A stretch of 64,000 nucleotides of DNA from Octopus vulgaris. Lineage: Eukaryota. The notes below the pieces were generated by a model, which ran no database searches, was not told the DNA's origin, and saw only the letters and a list, made by a program, of their open reading frames with translations. Positions 14,001 to 27,741 of this stretch are shown here, piece after piece. How positions within the stretch are numbered: the stretch's first letter is position 1; each line of letters begins with the position of its first letter. Where the stretch lies: positions 31,620,001-31,684,000 of the forward strand of contig OX597825.1 of the NCBI GenBank assembly GCA_951406725.2, given 5' to 3'. The translations under genes and the position numbers were made by a program.

Positions 14001-16253
14001 TATCCGGACCAGATATGGCCTGTATCAATGCTAGAGAATTAAGGCAAGGACCTGGCAGGATTGCTAGAGCGTAATAAAAAATGCTTTGTAGTTTTTGTTC
14101 CAGCATTTTATGTTCTAAGTTTAAACCACACCAAGATCAACTTTGTTTTTCAACCCCTCCAGAGGCTTACTTGTCAAGTACTGGATTAAATGCTATGACT
14201 AACTTCAAAAGAGTTGGCTTCGTGTCTAAATTAGAAACCATTTTTAGCATGAGAGGTCTTCAAACAACAGGACAAACCTACAAATTATGGGAATAATCTT
14301 CCCTCACCCCAAACTTTTGAAATCAACTACAATACTTGAAAAGTCGAGTCATTCCCAAGTTCTACTGAGAGGGTCCAAGAATATTTTTACCAATATTTTA
14401 CACCTCTCTGTCTCAGATATTTTCATAACTCAAACTCCAGCATATCATCATTATCACCATCATCATTATGTAAAGCCCTTATTCCATGTTGGCATGAATT
14501 CAACAGTTTGACAAGATCCAATGGATCCAAGGACTACATGAAGCTCCAACGTCTGCTTTGATATGGGTTGCATGCCCTTCTTAGCACCAACTATTTTAGA
14601 GCATGAACTGGGTGCTTTTTTCATGCCAGTGAAGAATTAAAAATTATTACAACTTTCATTCAAGTACTTCATTGGATTTGGTAATCCTGGTGGCATCCAT
14701 TTCTAAATCCTAAGATATGAAAACACACATATATACACATAGGCCCCTACTAATCCTGTTGAATGGCCATATAATCTACAAGGAGAGAGTGTAGACACCC
14801 ATAGATTAGGGATATGGAATTAGATGCCACCAGGATTTCCAAGCTCAATGAAAAGCAAAACATACCCTAAGTGAAAAATGTTTCATGTCATTTAAAGCTG
14901 GATTAGCCTAAAAATTTGAGCCTCAAGAAACAACAAAAGGAGCTCTAATTCCACCCCACCGCCACCACCACTCTCACCTTGGTATCAGCAGCACCATTCA
15001 ATAATGAATAGTAGAAAGTAGCTCTGTCTATGATGTCAACATCTTTGGAACTGGTCATTAGAAGATGTAAAAAACTGTCAATTTCTGTAAAAGAAAGAAA
15101 AATAGAAAAAAAACATTACATTAAAAATAAAGATTAAAAATAAGACATGATTTGTAAACACAAGAATTAGGTTCAAAAGCTTTATTTATTGAATTTATGT
15201 AAAAATCAGTCCTACCTGACTAATCCCATACTGGTGGTATGTAAAAAGCACTATTCGAGCGTGCTTGATGCCAGTACTGACTGACAAGTTTTCATGCTGG
15301 TGGCATGTAAAAAGCACCCACTACACTCTCAGAGTGGTTGGCGTTAGGAAGGGCATCCAGCTGTAGAAACCTTGCCGGATTAGATTGGGGCCTGGTGCAA
15401 CTTCCTGGCTTGCCAGTCCTCAATTAAACCATCCAATCCATGCCAGCATGGAAAGCAGATGTTAAACAGTGATGATGATGATGAATGCATTCAAATTACA
15501 GATTTGTCCAGACGGTATCTTTAATACAAGGTTTAAAATAAACAATAATGTAATGGTTCTTCTTTTCTGTGTTTTTTACCAATACATGAAGATGCTAACA
15601 TGTGTGTACTTGTGTGTGTGTCTGTCTGTCTGTCCCTACACCACCACTTGACAACCAGTGTTAGTTTGTTTATGTCCCCATAACCTCGGCAGTTCAACAA
15701 AAGGGACCAACACAAAAGGCACCAAGCATCTGACTAAACCATTCACGGCAGTGCCCCAGCATGGTCACAGTGCAATGACTGCAACAAGTGAAAGGTAAAA
15801 AAGATAAAACAAAAAGACAAAACCCTTACCTGTGAATATAGTCTGTGTGTTGTGATGCAAGAGGATGTTTCTACACACTTCTAGAACTGCTGTTGCTAAC
15901 GACCACGACAGTTTGTCATTCGCTAACGAATGCAGCACACTGATGTGCAGGAAACGAACGGTTGCCTGCAATACAAATATCAAATCATAATGTTACATAT
16001 TTTTCATTGATTAATATCATATTACATATCATAGAGGAAGCATTGTTAGACGTCTTTAATGAATTCAAATTGCTACAGCTGTATGTGGTTAAGAAAAGCT
16101 TTGCAACCAAGTGGTTTTTGGCTTCAGTCCCACAGCTCAGCACATTGAGCAAGTGTCTTCTGCTACAGCCTTACACCAACCAATGTCCTGTGAATGAATT
16201 TGGTAGACAGAAACTATGTGGAAACCTGTCATGTATGTGTGTGTGTGTGTGTA

Positions 16254-16299
<46 letters not shown>

Positions 16300-16485
16300 A
16301 CCAAAATAAGAAAGCACAAAAAACACAACAACGCAGGTGGAACAAATATAATTATTGGACGCTCAGGAATAGGAAAAAGTCTTTTAATGTTTCGAGCGGA
16401 GCTCTTCCACAGAAACATACACAGAAGGAAAGATCAGAGAAGGGAACAGAGGAAAAAAATGTGTGTAACGACACACGCGGTCACA

Positions 16486-16530
<45 letters not shown>

Positions 16531-17369
16531 TCATCATCATCATCATCATCGTTTAGCGTCCGTTTTCCATGCTAGCATGGGTTGGACGGTTTCGACCTGG
16601 GGTCTGGGAGTTAGGGACTGCCCCAGGCTCCAGTCTGGTCTGGCAGTGTTTCTACAGCTGGATGCCCTTCCTAACGCCAACCACTCCGTGAGTGTAGTTT
16701 GTGCTTTTTACGTGCCACCTGCACTGGTGCCAGAGGGGTCTGGCATCGGCCACGTTCGGATGGTGCTTTTTATGTGGGGGGGGGGTGCAGGAATATAGGG
16801 AGCACCAGTGGGGAGGGGTGGTTCAGAGAAATGATGACAGGTTGTAGGCAAGTAGAACGTAGGATATCAAGAGAGGGGTAATGCATGGTAAAATAGCGTA
16901 TTGAAGAGGGGGGTTCGAAGAGTAGACACCTATAATGGTGGTGGGAGAAGCGACATCCGGTATAGATGGAGCAAAAATAGAGATATCCGGTATTGGTGGT
17001 GGGGGTGGGGGTGGGCAGGGCGGGTGCACCGCGATACACGAAGGTCGATCATAGACGAGAGGAGAAATGAACAAATCAGACAAAATAGATAGAAATCAGA
17101 TAAAATAGTTAGATAGATAGAGAAACATGTATGATCAGTCTAGGAGTGAAAATAGGCGTTCAAACTTATCTGTGCACGGGATTATATAGCTGGTAGATGA
17201 GGTAGATGAATGAGAGAGAGAGAGAGCACATGTTGTGGGTTGCCTTCTAAGTAAAAAGTTGTCCGGAAGAGGGATTTTTGGAGAAGGCGGAAGTGTATTA
17301 AAGGAAACAGGTTTCAAGATGGCGAATCGAAGGTCGATCATATAACGAGAGGAGAAATGAACAAATCAG

Positions 17370-17439
<70 letters not shown>

Positions 17440-20400
17440 ATACATATATACATGTTTGCAAAGGGACACGAAGGCCTGCAACATCTATATTAGCGGTTGG
17501 GAAGCAGTTGCCAGCAACCGTGGAGATTGGCGATGTACCGTAAAAGAGGGAATACAAAGGAGTGACAGAGAGAGAGAGAGGAGAAATGGAAAGACAAGAA
17601 AAGATGTCATATATACATATACACATATACATTACATATACATATATAAGTCAGTAAATGGTGGGGTTGTGTTAACCGCACATGGAGAAATGATAGGAGA
17701 GGTAAAAAATAAGGCAGAATGCTAAATTGAAAGTAAATTTTAATAAAAATGATTGTAAGAAAAATTAAAAAAGAAATCAAACAGGCTTTCATTGCAAGGC
17801 AAATTTTCGAGATTTGGAATGGGAAAAGATATTTTTTAAATCGAGGAAGGGGAAAAAAGAAATTTACAATGTTTTTTTCAAAAAAATAATAAATATGTAT
17901 AAAAATTAATAAATAATTATACCAATACATTATAGTGACTTTATGGTTTTATAGTTCAATATTAGTCCATGGAAAAACTTCTTTGGAGGATTGGGATGCA
18001 TGTTTTTAAGTGTAGTGTTTTGTTTTCAAACAAAACACTACACTTAAACATATGCATCCTAATCCTCCAAAGAAGTTTTTACCAGTCGATTAGATCGACC
18101 CAAGTACGCAGCTGTTACTTAACTTATCGACCCTGAAAGGATGAAAGGCAAAGTTGGCCTTACAGAATTTGAGCTCAGAATGTAATGGCAGACGAAATAC
18201 CACTAAGCATTTTGCCCGGCGTGCTAACGTTTCTGCCAGTTCGCTGCCTTATATTGTACAGCATATTGTAACTGATAACTAAACAGATTTATTGTTATTG
18301 ATAACATATATAGTGGTGGGGATAGAAGTAGTAGTGGTGGTGATAGTGGTGGTGGTGGTGGTGATGGTGATAGAGGTAATAACTGAAGTAAGTGGTGCTG
18401 GAGGTGGTGCCAGTGGTAGAAACAATGATGATGATGATGATGATGGTGATGCTAATGATAGCCATTAACAGTAGTGATGATAATGGGTGTGGTGATGGTG
18501 GTGGTGGTGGTGATAGTGGAGGTGGTAGTGGTGGAAATATATGGAAGGAGGGATGCTGATAATGGTGGGGGGGAAAGTGCTGCTGCTAATGATGATGGTG
18601 ATGATGGTAATGATGATGATGACAACACTGATAATGATGACAGACATTTCATCTCTGATGACTGAAACCAAAAAACAAATCTAAAAGACTCATCTGTCTA
18701 AAAATGATTCGTTTAAACAAAAAAAAAATATCATTTTCTTACCAAAGGTGAAATTCTTTCATCATTAGCCGTCATTTTCAGGACATCCAAATAATTGTAA
18801 AGTAAATCTTCCGTTATGGTTACCATATTTGTAGAGGTTACCATCTTCTGTAATTCTTCCAGTAAATAAAGGTAGATGGAGCTGGAGTTATAAGAATGAA
18901 ATGGAAAGATGAGTAACAAACTTTCAAACAAGTAACAAGTAACAAGAACAAGTAACAGAATAAACAAACATAAGTTAGATTTTAGTGGGACTAAGCACAA
19001 AATGGTACAAAGATTTCTAGTGAATAAGGAGAGAGAGACTGTTATAATAGCTGTAGAAGTGACAGAGCAAGTGTCCAGGGTTTTGGGGAGTTTTTAGGAT
19101 TGTTGGATGATAGTGACAAGTTTCCAATGTATGGATGAGCAAGTAATCGTAGGGTGCTGATACAGAATGAGAATCTGGTTGGTGATTGTAAGATATTGGT
19201 TAGCGAAGTTTTGCAGTCTAAAATATGTGAACAAAATACTATGTGCTTACATTTCTTTTTATTCTTTGTCATTGTCAAGACTGAGAAAACAGGCCAGAGC
19301 CTAGAATGTCTAAATTATTTCAAACTATGGCTTTAGTAGATCGGAGGAGCAGTTTAGGAGAAACAGAGAAGAGATACTAATTGGAATTCATTGTTGAGGG
19401 AAGGAATGGCTATCAGTTGGGATGGCCAGGTTTTGTTTACTTTTTTTTTCTCAGACATGACAACAGCTGTTTGACACAACTTCCCACATCAGCAATGCTT
19501 GAATGCCAAAAGTGTGTGCCAGAATGGTTTCATTGTTCTGCACACATCTCAGACAGGAGCAGCTGATAGCACTTCCATACCTGTAGAGTTTATATCAAAC
19601 CAGCAATGTTCTTGGGTAGCACTGCCAGGCCAGGAATTTCTGGAAGTTGTACATATCCCCCAGGCTGAAAACCTCTGGAATAGAGTTTTACATTGTGAGT
19701 GGACGTGACTAGGAGAGAGAAAGTGAACTCCAAAATTAAATAGATCTCCAACAGGCTGGCAACTCATAAGGGATAAACCAAATAAAATCTACAGATGCGC
19801 AGGAGTGGCTGTGTGGTAAGTAGCTTGCTAACCAGCCACATGGTTCCGGGTTCAGTCCCACTGCGTGGCATCTTGGGCAAATGTCTTCTGCTATAGCCCC
19901 GGGCCGACCAATGCCTTGTGAGTGGATTTGGGAGATGGAAACTGAAAGAAGCCTGTGGTATATATGTATATATATATATGTGTATGTGTGTGTGTTTGTG
20001 TGTCTGTGTTTGTCCCCCTAGCATTGCTTGACAACCGATGCTGGTGTGTTTACGTCTCCGTCACTTAGCGGTTTGGCAAAAGAGACCGATAGAATAAGTA
20101 CTGGGCTTACAAAGAATAAGTCCCGGGGTCAATTTGCTCAACTAAAGGCGGTGCTCCAGCATGGCTGCAGTCAACTGACTGAAACAAGTAAAAGAGTAAA
20201 AGAGTATGAAATTATAAACAACCAGGATAAATGGAATAAGCTTTCAAAGGCAGATACAAAATTTGCAAATTTGCAGAGAGGTGATTTTCTTTTAAGTGAA
20301 CAAGATATTAATTTACCCATGGATAGACAAGTGACAGAGCAGTTGATCATATTTTTATAAACATGCAGTGCTAAATTTTTATTTCTCTTGTTCTGAATGG

Positions 20401-20739
20401 GTCAGTGACAAATCTCTTCCTGAATAGCAAAAACTCAGTTTATTACAAGAAGCATTCCCCAATTTATCTACTTCTAACCATTCTTAAGACATCAGTGAAC
20501 AGAGGTGACATACAATAAGGTGAACTAAATGTATAGTGAATGCACAATGAAATGCCTACAGGAAACCCAAAACCTGTGAATTGAAACCCCAATACTATAA
20601 TCACTTACCTATATTATTTCTACACCTTAGCTGTTGAGGGTAGAGGCTGAAAAACCATGCACAATTACCCATGTAAAAACAACAATAACAATAATAATAA
20701 TAATAATGGCTATTATGATTATTATTATCATTATTAATA

Positions 20740-20776
<37 letters not shown>

Positions 20777-23196
20777 CATTATTATTGTTGTTGTTTTTGT
20801 TGTTGTTGTTGTTGTTGTTGTTGTTAGGGAGGTGGACAGGTATAATCATTAGAGTATTGGACCATGTGTCATGCTATGTTTGGTTCTTTGCATTCTTAGT
20901 TCAAATCCTGATGAGGTCAACTTTGCCTTTCTTCCTTCTTGGATAAAAAAAAATAAAGCACCAGCCAAAGATTGGGGTTGATGTTATCAACTAACTCACC
21001 CTCCTCCAAGTCTCAGGCTCTGTGCCTATGTTAGAAACAACAGCAACAACAACAATCACTTAATTACCACAGGGGATGACAGGTAAGTAACATTAGGGAA
21101 ACAAATCACAAAAACAATCAAAAAACAAACATGAAATGAAATTAAATGAAATATCTCAACAGGAGTAAAACTATATGGAGCCAATCAAGGAATCCTTGAG
21201 ATCTCAGATTAACCTTAATGCCAAGGGCAAGTGTGCTCTACCAGTTGTGTTCCATGGCCTACAGCTACATGTTAAGAGTAGGTCCATTTACTTGGGCTAT
21301 TTTCATTCATCATTCTCACCCACCTTTCAGTAAATATACTGATGGGTAAAACTGCGCACTACATCTTTATATTTCTCCCCAAATGAAATTTGAAGTTGAT
21401 GAAGGCCTGACCAAAGAGGAAAGTGCTTATCCCTAGTCCAGTCAACCTTGTGAGCAACCTCTCTCACAGTAGCCATAAGATAGAGGAGAACTGCTTGCCC
21501 TTCCTAGCCAAAAGAAGACAACAGTACAATCCTCATAGTGGACTCAATTGATAGCCAGATCTGTCATACACAAGACAGCATATGTTTGACATAGCTCCCC
21601 AAATCAGCAATGCTCTGATACTAAGAGTGTGTGCAGAATGGTTTCATTGTTCTACATGTGTCTTGGACAGGCCCATCTACAGCGTTGCTGTGCTTGAAGA
21701 GTTTATCTCAAACCAGCAATGCCTCTACCTACAGCACTGCCAGACCAGGGATTTTTTGAAGCTGTACATAGCTCCCAAAGTGAAATCCTCTGGAACAGTC
21801 TGTTCAGTTTATTTTTGTTTGACACCTGAAGTCCTTCCTGAAAACATCACTGTTCTTGTCCACCAGTATAAGGAGCAAGAATTGAATTAACATGAAGAAC
21901 ATTGGTTAATTTGTAGCAAACAATGAGTGCCAGACAATGTTCTGGTTACCAAGCTCTCAATGTTGGCTTTCAGATACCTGTTAAATGATGAAAACACTTG
22001 TTTGCAACCATCCAGTAATATCTGCAGATAAAACAGCTGCCACACATCAGTGTTTCATCAGCTACAGCCAAAGAAGCCCACAGCACAGTGTTAGCAACAG
22101 ACAGACCTCATGATAGTGCAATGCATATATAGTAATTAGAGAACACAAACAAACGAAAAAATTAAATATGCACATAAGGAAGAGCATTCAGACTTAAAAA
22201 CCATACCTAAGCAGACATTGCAGTCTCAAGCATTTGTCTTATGAAGAAAGGCTGAAGATGCTCGACCTTTATTCTCTCGAAAAACGACGACGCCGTGGTG
22301 ATCTCATTCTCGCTCACAACATCATAAGCAGAAAGTGTAACCTCTCGAAAGAGCTGTTCTTCACTCCTGCTCCAGAGCGTGGGCTGCAGGGTCACTCCGA
22401 AAAACTCTATCTACGACGATTTCATCTCAATCAAAGGAGAGGTGCTTTCTCCGTCCGGGTTGCGGATCCGTGGAATAAGCTGCCGGACGAGATAGTGAAG
22501 ATGCCGACAACCGCTCGGTTCAAAGTCTCTCTTGACCAGAAATGGCCTGAACTCTTTGTATGACCACCCTCCCTGTACATAACTCCCTGTCCTCCTACAT
22601 GGCCTTGCTTTTGCTTTTTGAGCCAATAAAAATTGAATTGAATTGAATTGGAGCTTGATGCAGCCTTTAGACACATCCTGTCAAACTGTCCAATCCTAGC
22701 CAGCATGGAACATAGACATTAAATGACAATGATTCTATGCATCTTTTTCCTTACTCAAACATCTAATCCCATCAAATATTATGAAGAAATAATTATCTCC
22801 CTTTTACAAACTGTCCACTAGGAGACACAATGAGTTTCTTTATTAATTGTTCCTAATACATGCCCAAAGCCTTAAATTTAGAGGGCTGGATGTAACTGGT
22901 TTGACTACAGCCCTCCAACCAAGTATTTGACTGGGTGGGATTTGAACTATGAAGATAGATACTTGATAATGGTTTCTAACATAGGCCAATGGCTAAAAAT
23001 TTGGGGAGAGGTTAGTTAATTAAAACTACCCAACCACTTGACTGGTACTTTACTTCATCTGCCCCAGAGTGATCAGAAAGCAAAGTTGACCTCAGCAGAA
23101 TTTGAACTCAGCAAGTATAGGGCTAGAACAAATATTACACGACATTTTGTCTGATACACAATGATTCTTCCAACAGACTGATTGCTTTAAATGGAC

Positions 23197-23252
<56 letters not shown>

Positions 23253-23438
23253 TAATAATAATAACAATGGTAACAACCACCATCAAGCTCTCATTAAACA
23301 AAAATATGTCCCACACAAGAAAAATCAGAAAACCAAAGAGAGACATCAGAAAAGTCAGAGTATACAATAATAATAAGAAGAAGAATGAAAACAATATGAT
23401 GATGATAATGATGACAATGATGATGGTGATGATGGTGA

Positions 23439-23472
<34 letters not shown>

Positions 23473-23985
23473 GGTGGTGGTGGTGGTGATGATGATTAGT
23501 CCCAGGTCAATCAAAGGCTATAGCTGTAACCATCCGATTTGAAGGAGGACTGGCTGTTATTTCTAACGGTTTTGTAATAACAATGGCGATGGAGGATAAC
23601 AGCAATGGAAATGATGATAATAGTAACAATGGTAATGATGATGATCATGATGATCATGATCATGGTTGATGACAGCCATTAGCACAATAGTGATTATGAT
23701 AATTAGTGTGGTGGTGGAGGTGGTGGTGATAGAGGTAATAACTGGAGGTAAGTGGTGGTGGAGGTGGTGCCAGTGGTAGGGACAATGATGATGAGGAGGA
23801 GGAGGATGGTGATGCTAATGATAGCCATTAACATGATAGTAGTGATGATAATGGGTGGTGGTGGTAGTGGTGGAAATATATGGAAGGAGTGATGCTGATA
23901 GTGGTGGTGGTGGTGGTGGTGACAATGATGATGATGCCTGACAAGGGTGATGATTGTGGTGGATGGTAACAGCAATATATATACA

Positions 23986-24075
<90 letters not shown>

Positions 24076-27000
24076 ATGTGTGTGTGTGGAATGAAATGGA
24101 CATACTGTAAGTTCTACTCACCTATCTGGTACATCTTTCTCAACTTGCATGAGGAAGTCCAGAGTGTAAGGAATAAATTTGGAGTTTGAACACACCAATT
24201 CCAGCATTAGGCTATTGAAAGAAATATACAGATCAATCAATCAATCACTCAATCAATCAATCCATTAATCAGCTATTAATCATTATGTGTTTATTGACCC
24301 ACATTTTAAACCTGACATAATCCAGTTATAAAAACAGTACACTATAATAAAAGTAAACAGGGTCATTTGCTCAGTGACTTGATCTGCTTAATCTAACAGC
24401 CAAACCCTGATCAATAAATTGACTATTGTTTTCAAAATGGTAACCACAGGAATTGGTGAGGAAGTTTCAACATAGACTTTTATCTGCTAAAAGTGGCAAC
24501 TAAATTTTCCTCAACAAATCACCATCAACAGTAGGTATCATATATTAACAGTTTGTTGAATATCATACATCACTCAAATGCTGTCCATTGTTAACTACAG
24601 GTGTGTAATCTGTGACATCCAAATTGCTTCTAATAATGGTTGTATGAGACAGTAGGATTTGAACTCGGAGGCCAAAAAGCAGGACAAATACCACAGTATT
24701 TCATCCATTTGGTTCTCTAACAATTTCATCAGTTCACTGTCTTAGGCTGGTATTTTGTTTAACTGCAGCCAAGAGGATGAAAAGCAAAGTTGATCTTGGT
24801 GGGATTTGAACTCAGGACGCAAAAGACCAGAATAAAAACTGTAAGGCAGTTTGTTAAATACTCTACTGCTTCTAATAATTCACAAGGAACAACGAGGACC
24901 AAATTTCAAGTAGTTGGTCAGTCTACATGAGGTAGTAATCAGATCAACCTTTGCCATGCCTCCAACATTTGACAGAAAAAGTACCAGACATGCATTGATA
25001 CCAATTCAGTTGACTTTTCCTGAAATCTATGACCTTGTGCCATTATCATCATCATCATCATCATCATCATCGTCTTCATTTACACTTGCCTTCCATGCAA
25101 GCATGGATTAGACGGTTTGACAGGATCCAATGAAGCAGAGGATTGCACTGAGTTCCAATGTCTGTTTTGGCATAGTGTCTGTGGCTGGGCTGCCTTCCTA
25201 ATGCCAATTTTTTTGCAGGATGCACTGGGTGCTTTTCTCCATAATTCTGGCATGAGTGAAGGCCTCTAAAGTAATTTGCAAGACAAATAAATCACTCTAA
25301 CCATTTTGTCTCTTTCTTCTTTGGAATCTGCTTCTGTTTTCATAAAAGAGGAGTCCACAATGTAAAAATATCTTGTTATGTCCTCAGCACTAGCCAATCC
25401 ACTTTTGCTATTAAGTGTCTCTCCGTGGGAAAATCAACAGTCTCATTAAATCTAATATCACATTTGGACAGATTCTCACTGACCTGGGAAATATGTGTCT
25501 TTTGCAAAGCTTGAAAGCCATACAATCCAGGAGCTCGTATAAGGGACCTCCATCAGACTAGACCAACCATACCTATGTACAAGTGTGAGCAGCCTTGGAC
25601 AAGATTTTTCTGATGAAGACTAGCAGTAGCCCATGCATGAAAGTCTCAAAATCATTGATGTTTATCCAAGGGAAAGGCCACCAAGTTAGGCTGATATAGC
25701 TTAATATATATGGATGGCTTCCTTACAGTTTCTACAGTGTCTACTAATTTCACTCACAAGATATTGACCCCAGTTCTAAAGTAAAAGACATTTTCCCACA
25801 TTGGCACTCAGAAGGAACAAATCTAAAACCACATGGTTGCAAGGTGAATTTTTTAATCATGCCTGTGCCAAGAACCATACTTTTACACATGCCCACACAC
25901 ACACTACACACACACGCGCACACACATGCACGCACACCCATGCACACATGCATGCATATCTACATACATATGCATGCATGTACACACACACACATGTACA
26001 CACACGCGTGCATGCACACACACACACAAACTACACACACATGCATGTACACCCGCACACACATGCATGCACACCTGCACACATATGCATGCATGTATGC
26101 ACACACACATGTACATGCACCCACGCATGTACATGCACCAACACACGCATGCATGCACACACACATACACACATATGCATGCATGCACACATGTATGCAC
26201 ACACACACACTGCATGCTCACACACACACACTGCATGCACACACACACATGCATGCACACACACACTGCATGCACACACACACATGCATGCACACCCACA
26301 CATACAAACATCCATGTACACACACACACACATCCTGTCTGCTTCACACTAGTGAAACTAAACAGAATATACCAGCGATTCTATTGCAGTGGACTGTTGT
26401 GATTTGGGAAAGAACTGGCTTACTTTTGAATATTAGTTCCAAGTTTAGAGGTATGATGTCGACAGTAGAAATGAAATAGGGCACAGTACAGGGATACAGC
26501 AGCATGGGGATCATCTGTGGATTGGGCTAACTTTTTCATTGACTGGAGGTTGTTCAGTAGGAAGCTGTTGTCTGGAAGTAACAATAACAATAATAATAAT
26601 ACACTGGAAGCTATGCCAACTCTATGGAATAACAATAAAAAAAGATGGTATAGGCACACGCCAGAAAAGGTCACAGAAAATGAGAAAACAATCATACTCT
26701 GGGATATGCCAATACACACAGATAGAGAAATTAAGGCTAATAGGCCAGATATAGTTGTTAGAGATCAGCAAGAAAAAAATGCTTTCTGATCAATGTATCA
26801 ATACCAACAGATGACAATATTTCTCTAAAAGAAACAGAGAAACTTTCAAAATACAAAGATCTGGAAATAGAGATAACTCGAATGTGAAGCCTAAAAACAG
26901 AAACAATTCCTATCATAGTAGGCGCATTAGGTATGATAATAAGATATTTAGACTAATACATAACAAAAACACCATATACTTGTAAGTATATATGTTATAT

Positions 27001-27708
27001 ATACTTACAAGTATATATAACATACAGAAAATAGCACTACTAGGCACTGCACACATCCTACATAAAACACTTTCAATACAGCAAAAATAAGAGCACCATA
27101 ACAAACTACAGCACATACCCAAAGCACACAGGGCTCTGTTTCGTAGTGCAGTGAAAGCACATTATGAAAGTAAGACTACTGAATAATAATAATAATGATA
27201 GGCACAGGAGTGGCTGTATGGTAGGTAGCTTGCTTACCGACCACATGGTTCCGGGTTCAGTCCCACTGCATGTCACCTTGGGCAAATGTCTTCTACTATA
27301 GCTTTGGGCCAACCAAAGCCTTATGAGTGGATTTGATAGACGGAAACTGAAAGAAGCTCGTCGTATATATGTATATGTGTATATACGTGTGTGCGTATAT
27401 GTTTGTGTGTCTGTGTTTGTCCCCTCAACATCACTTGACAACCGATGGTGGTGTGTTTACATCCCCGTAACTTAGCAGTTTGGGAAAAGAGACCGATAGA
27501 ATAAGTACTAGGCTTACAAAGAATAAGCCCTGGGATCGATTTGCTAGACTAAAGGTGGTGCTCCAGTATGGCCACAGCCAAATGACTGAAACAAGTAAAA
27601 GAGTAAAGAAGAAGAAGAAGAAGAAGAAGAAGAAGAAGAAGAAGAAGAAGAAGAAGAAGAAGAAGAAGAAGAAGAAGAAGAACAACAACAACAACAACAA
27701 CAACAACA

Positions 27709-27741
<33 letters not shown>

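Noticed and set aside
25606-25651. CTGATGAA...GAAA hammerhead-like spacing
   Set aside because: No convincing helix II
25750-26400. HT/CV-rich ORFs
   Set aside because: (CA)n-derived low complexity
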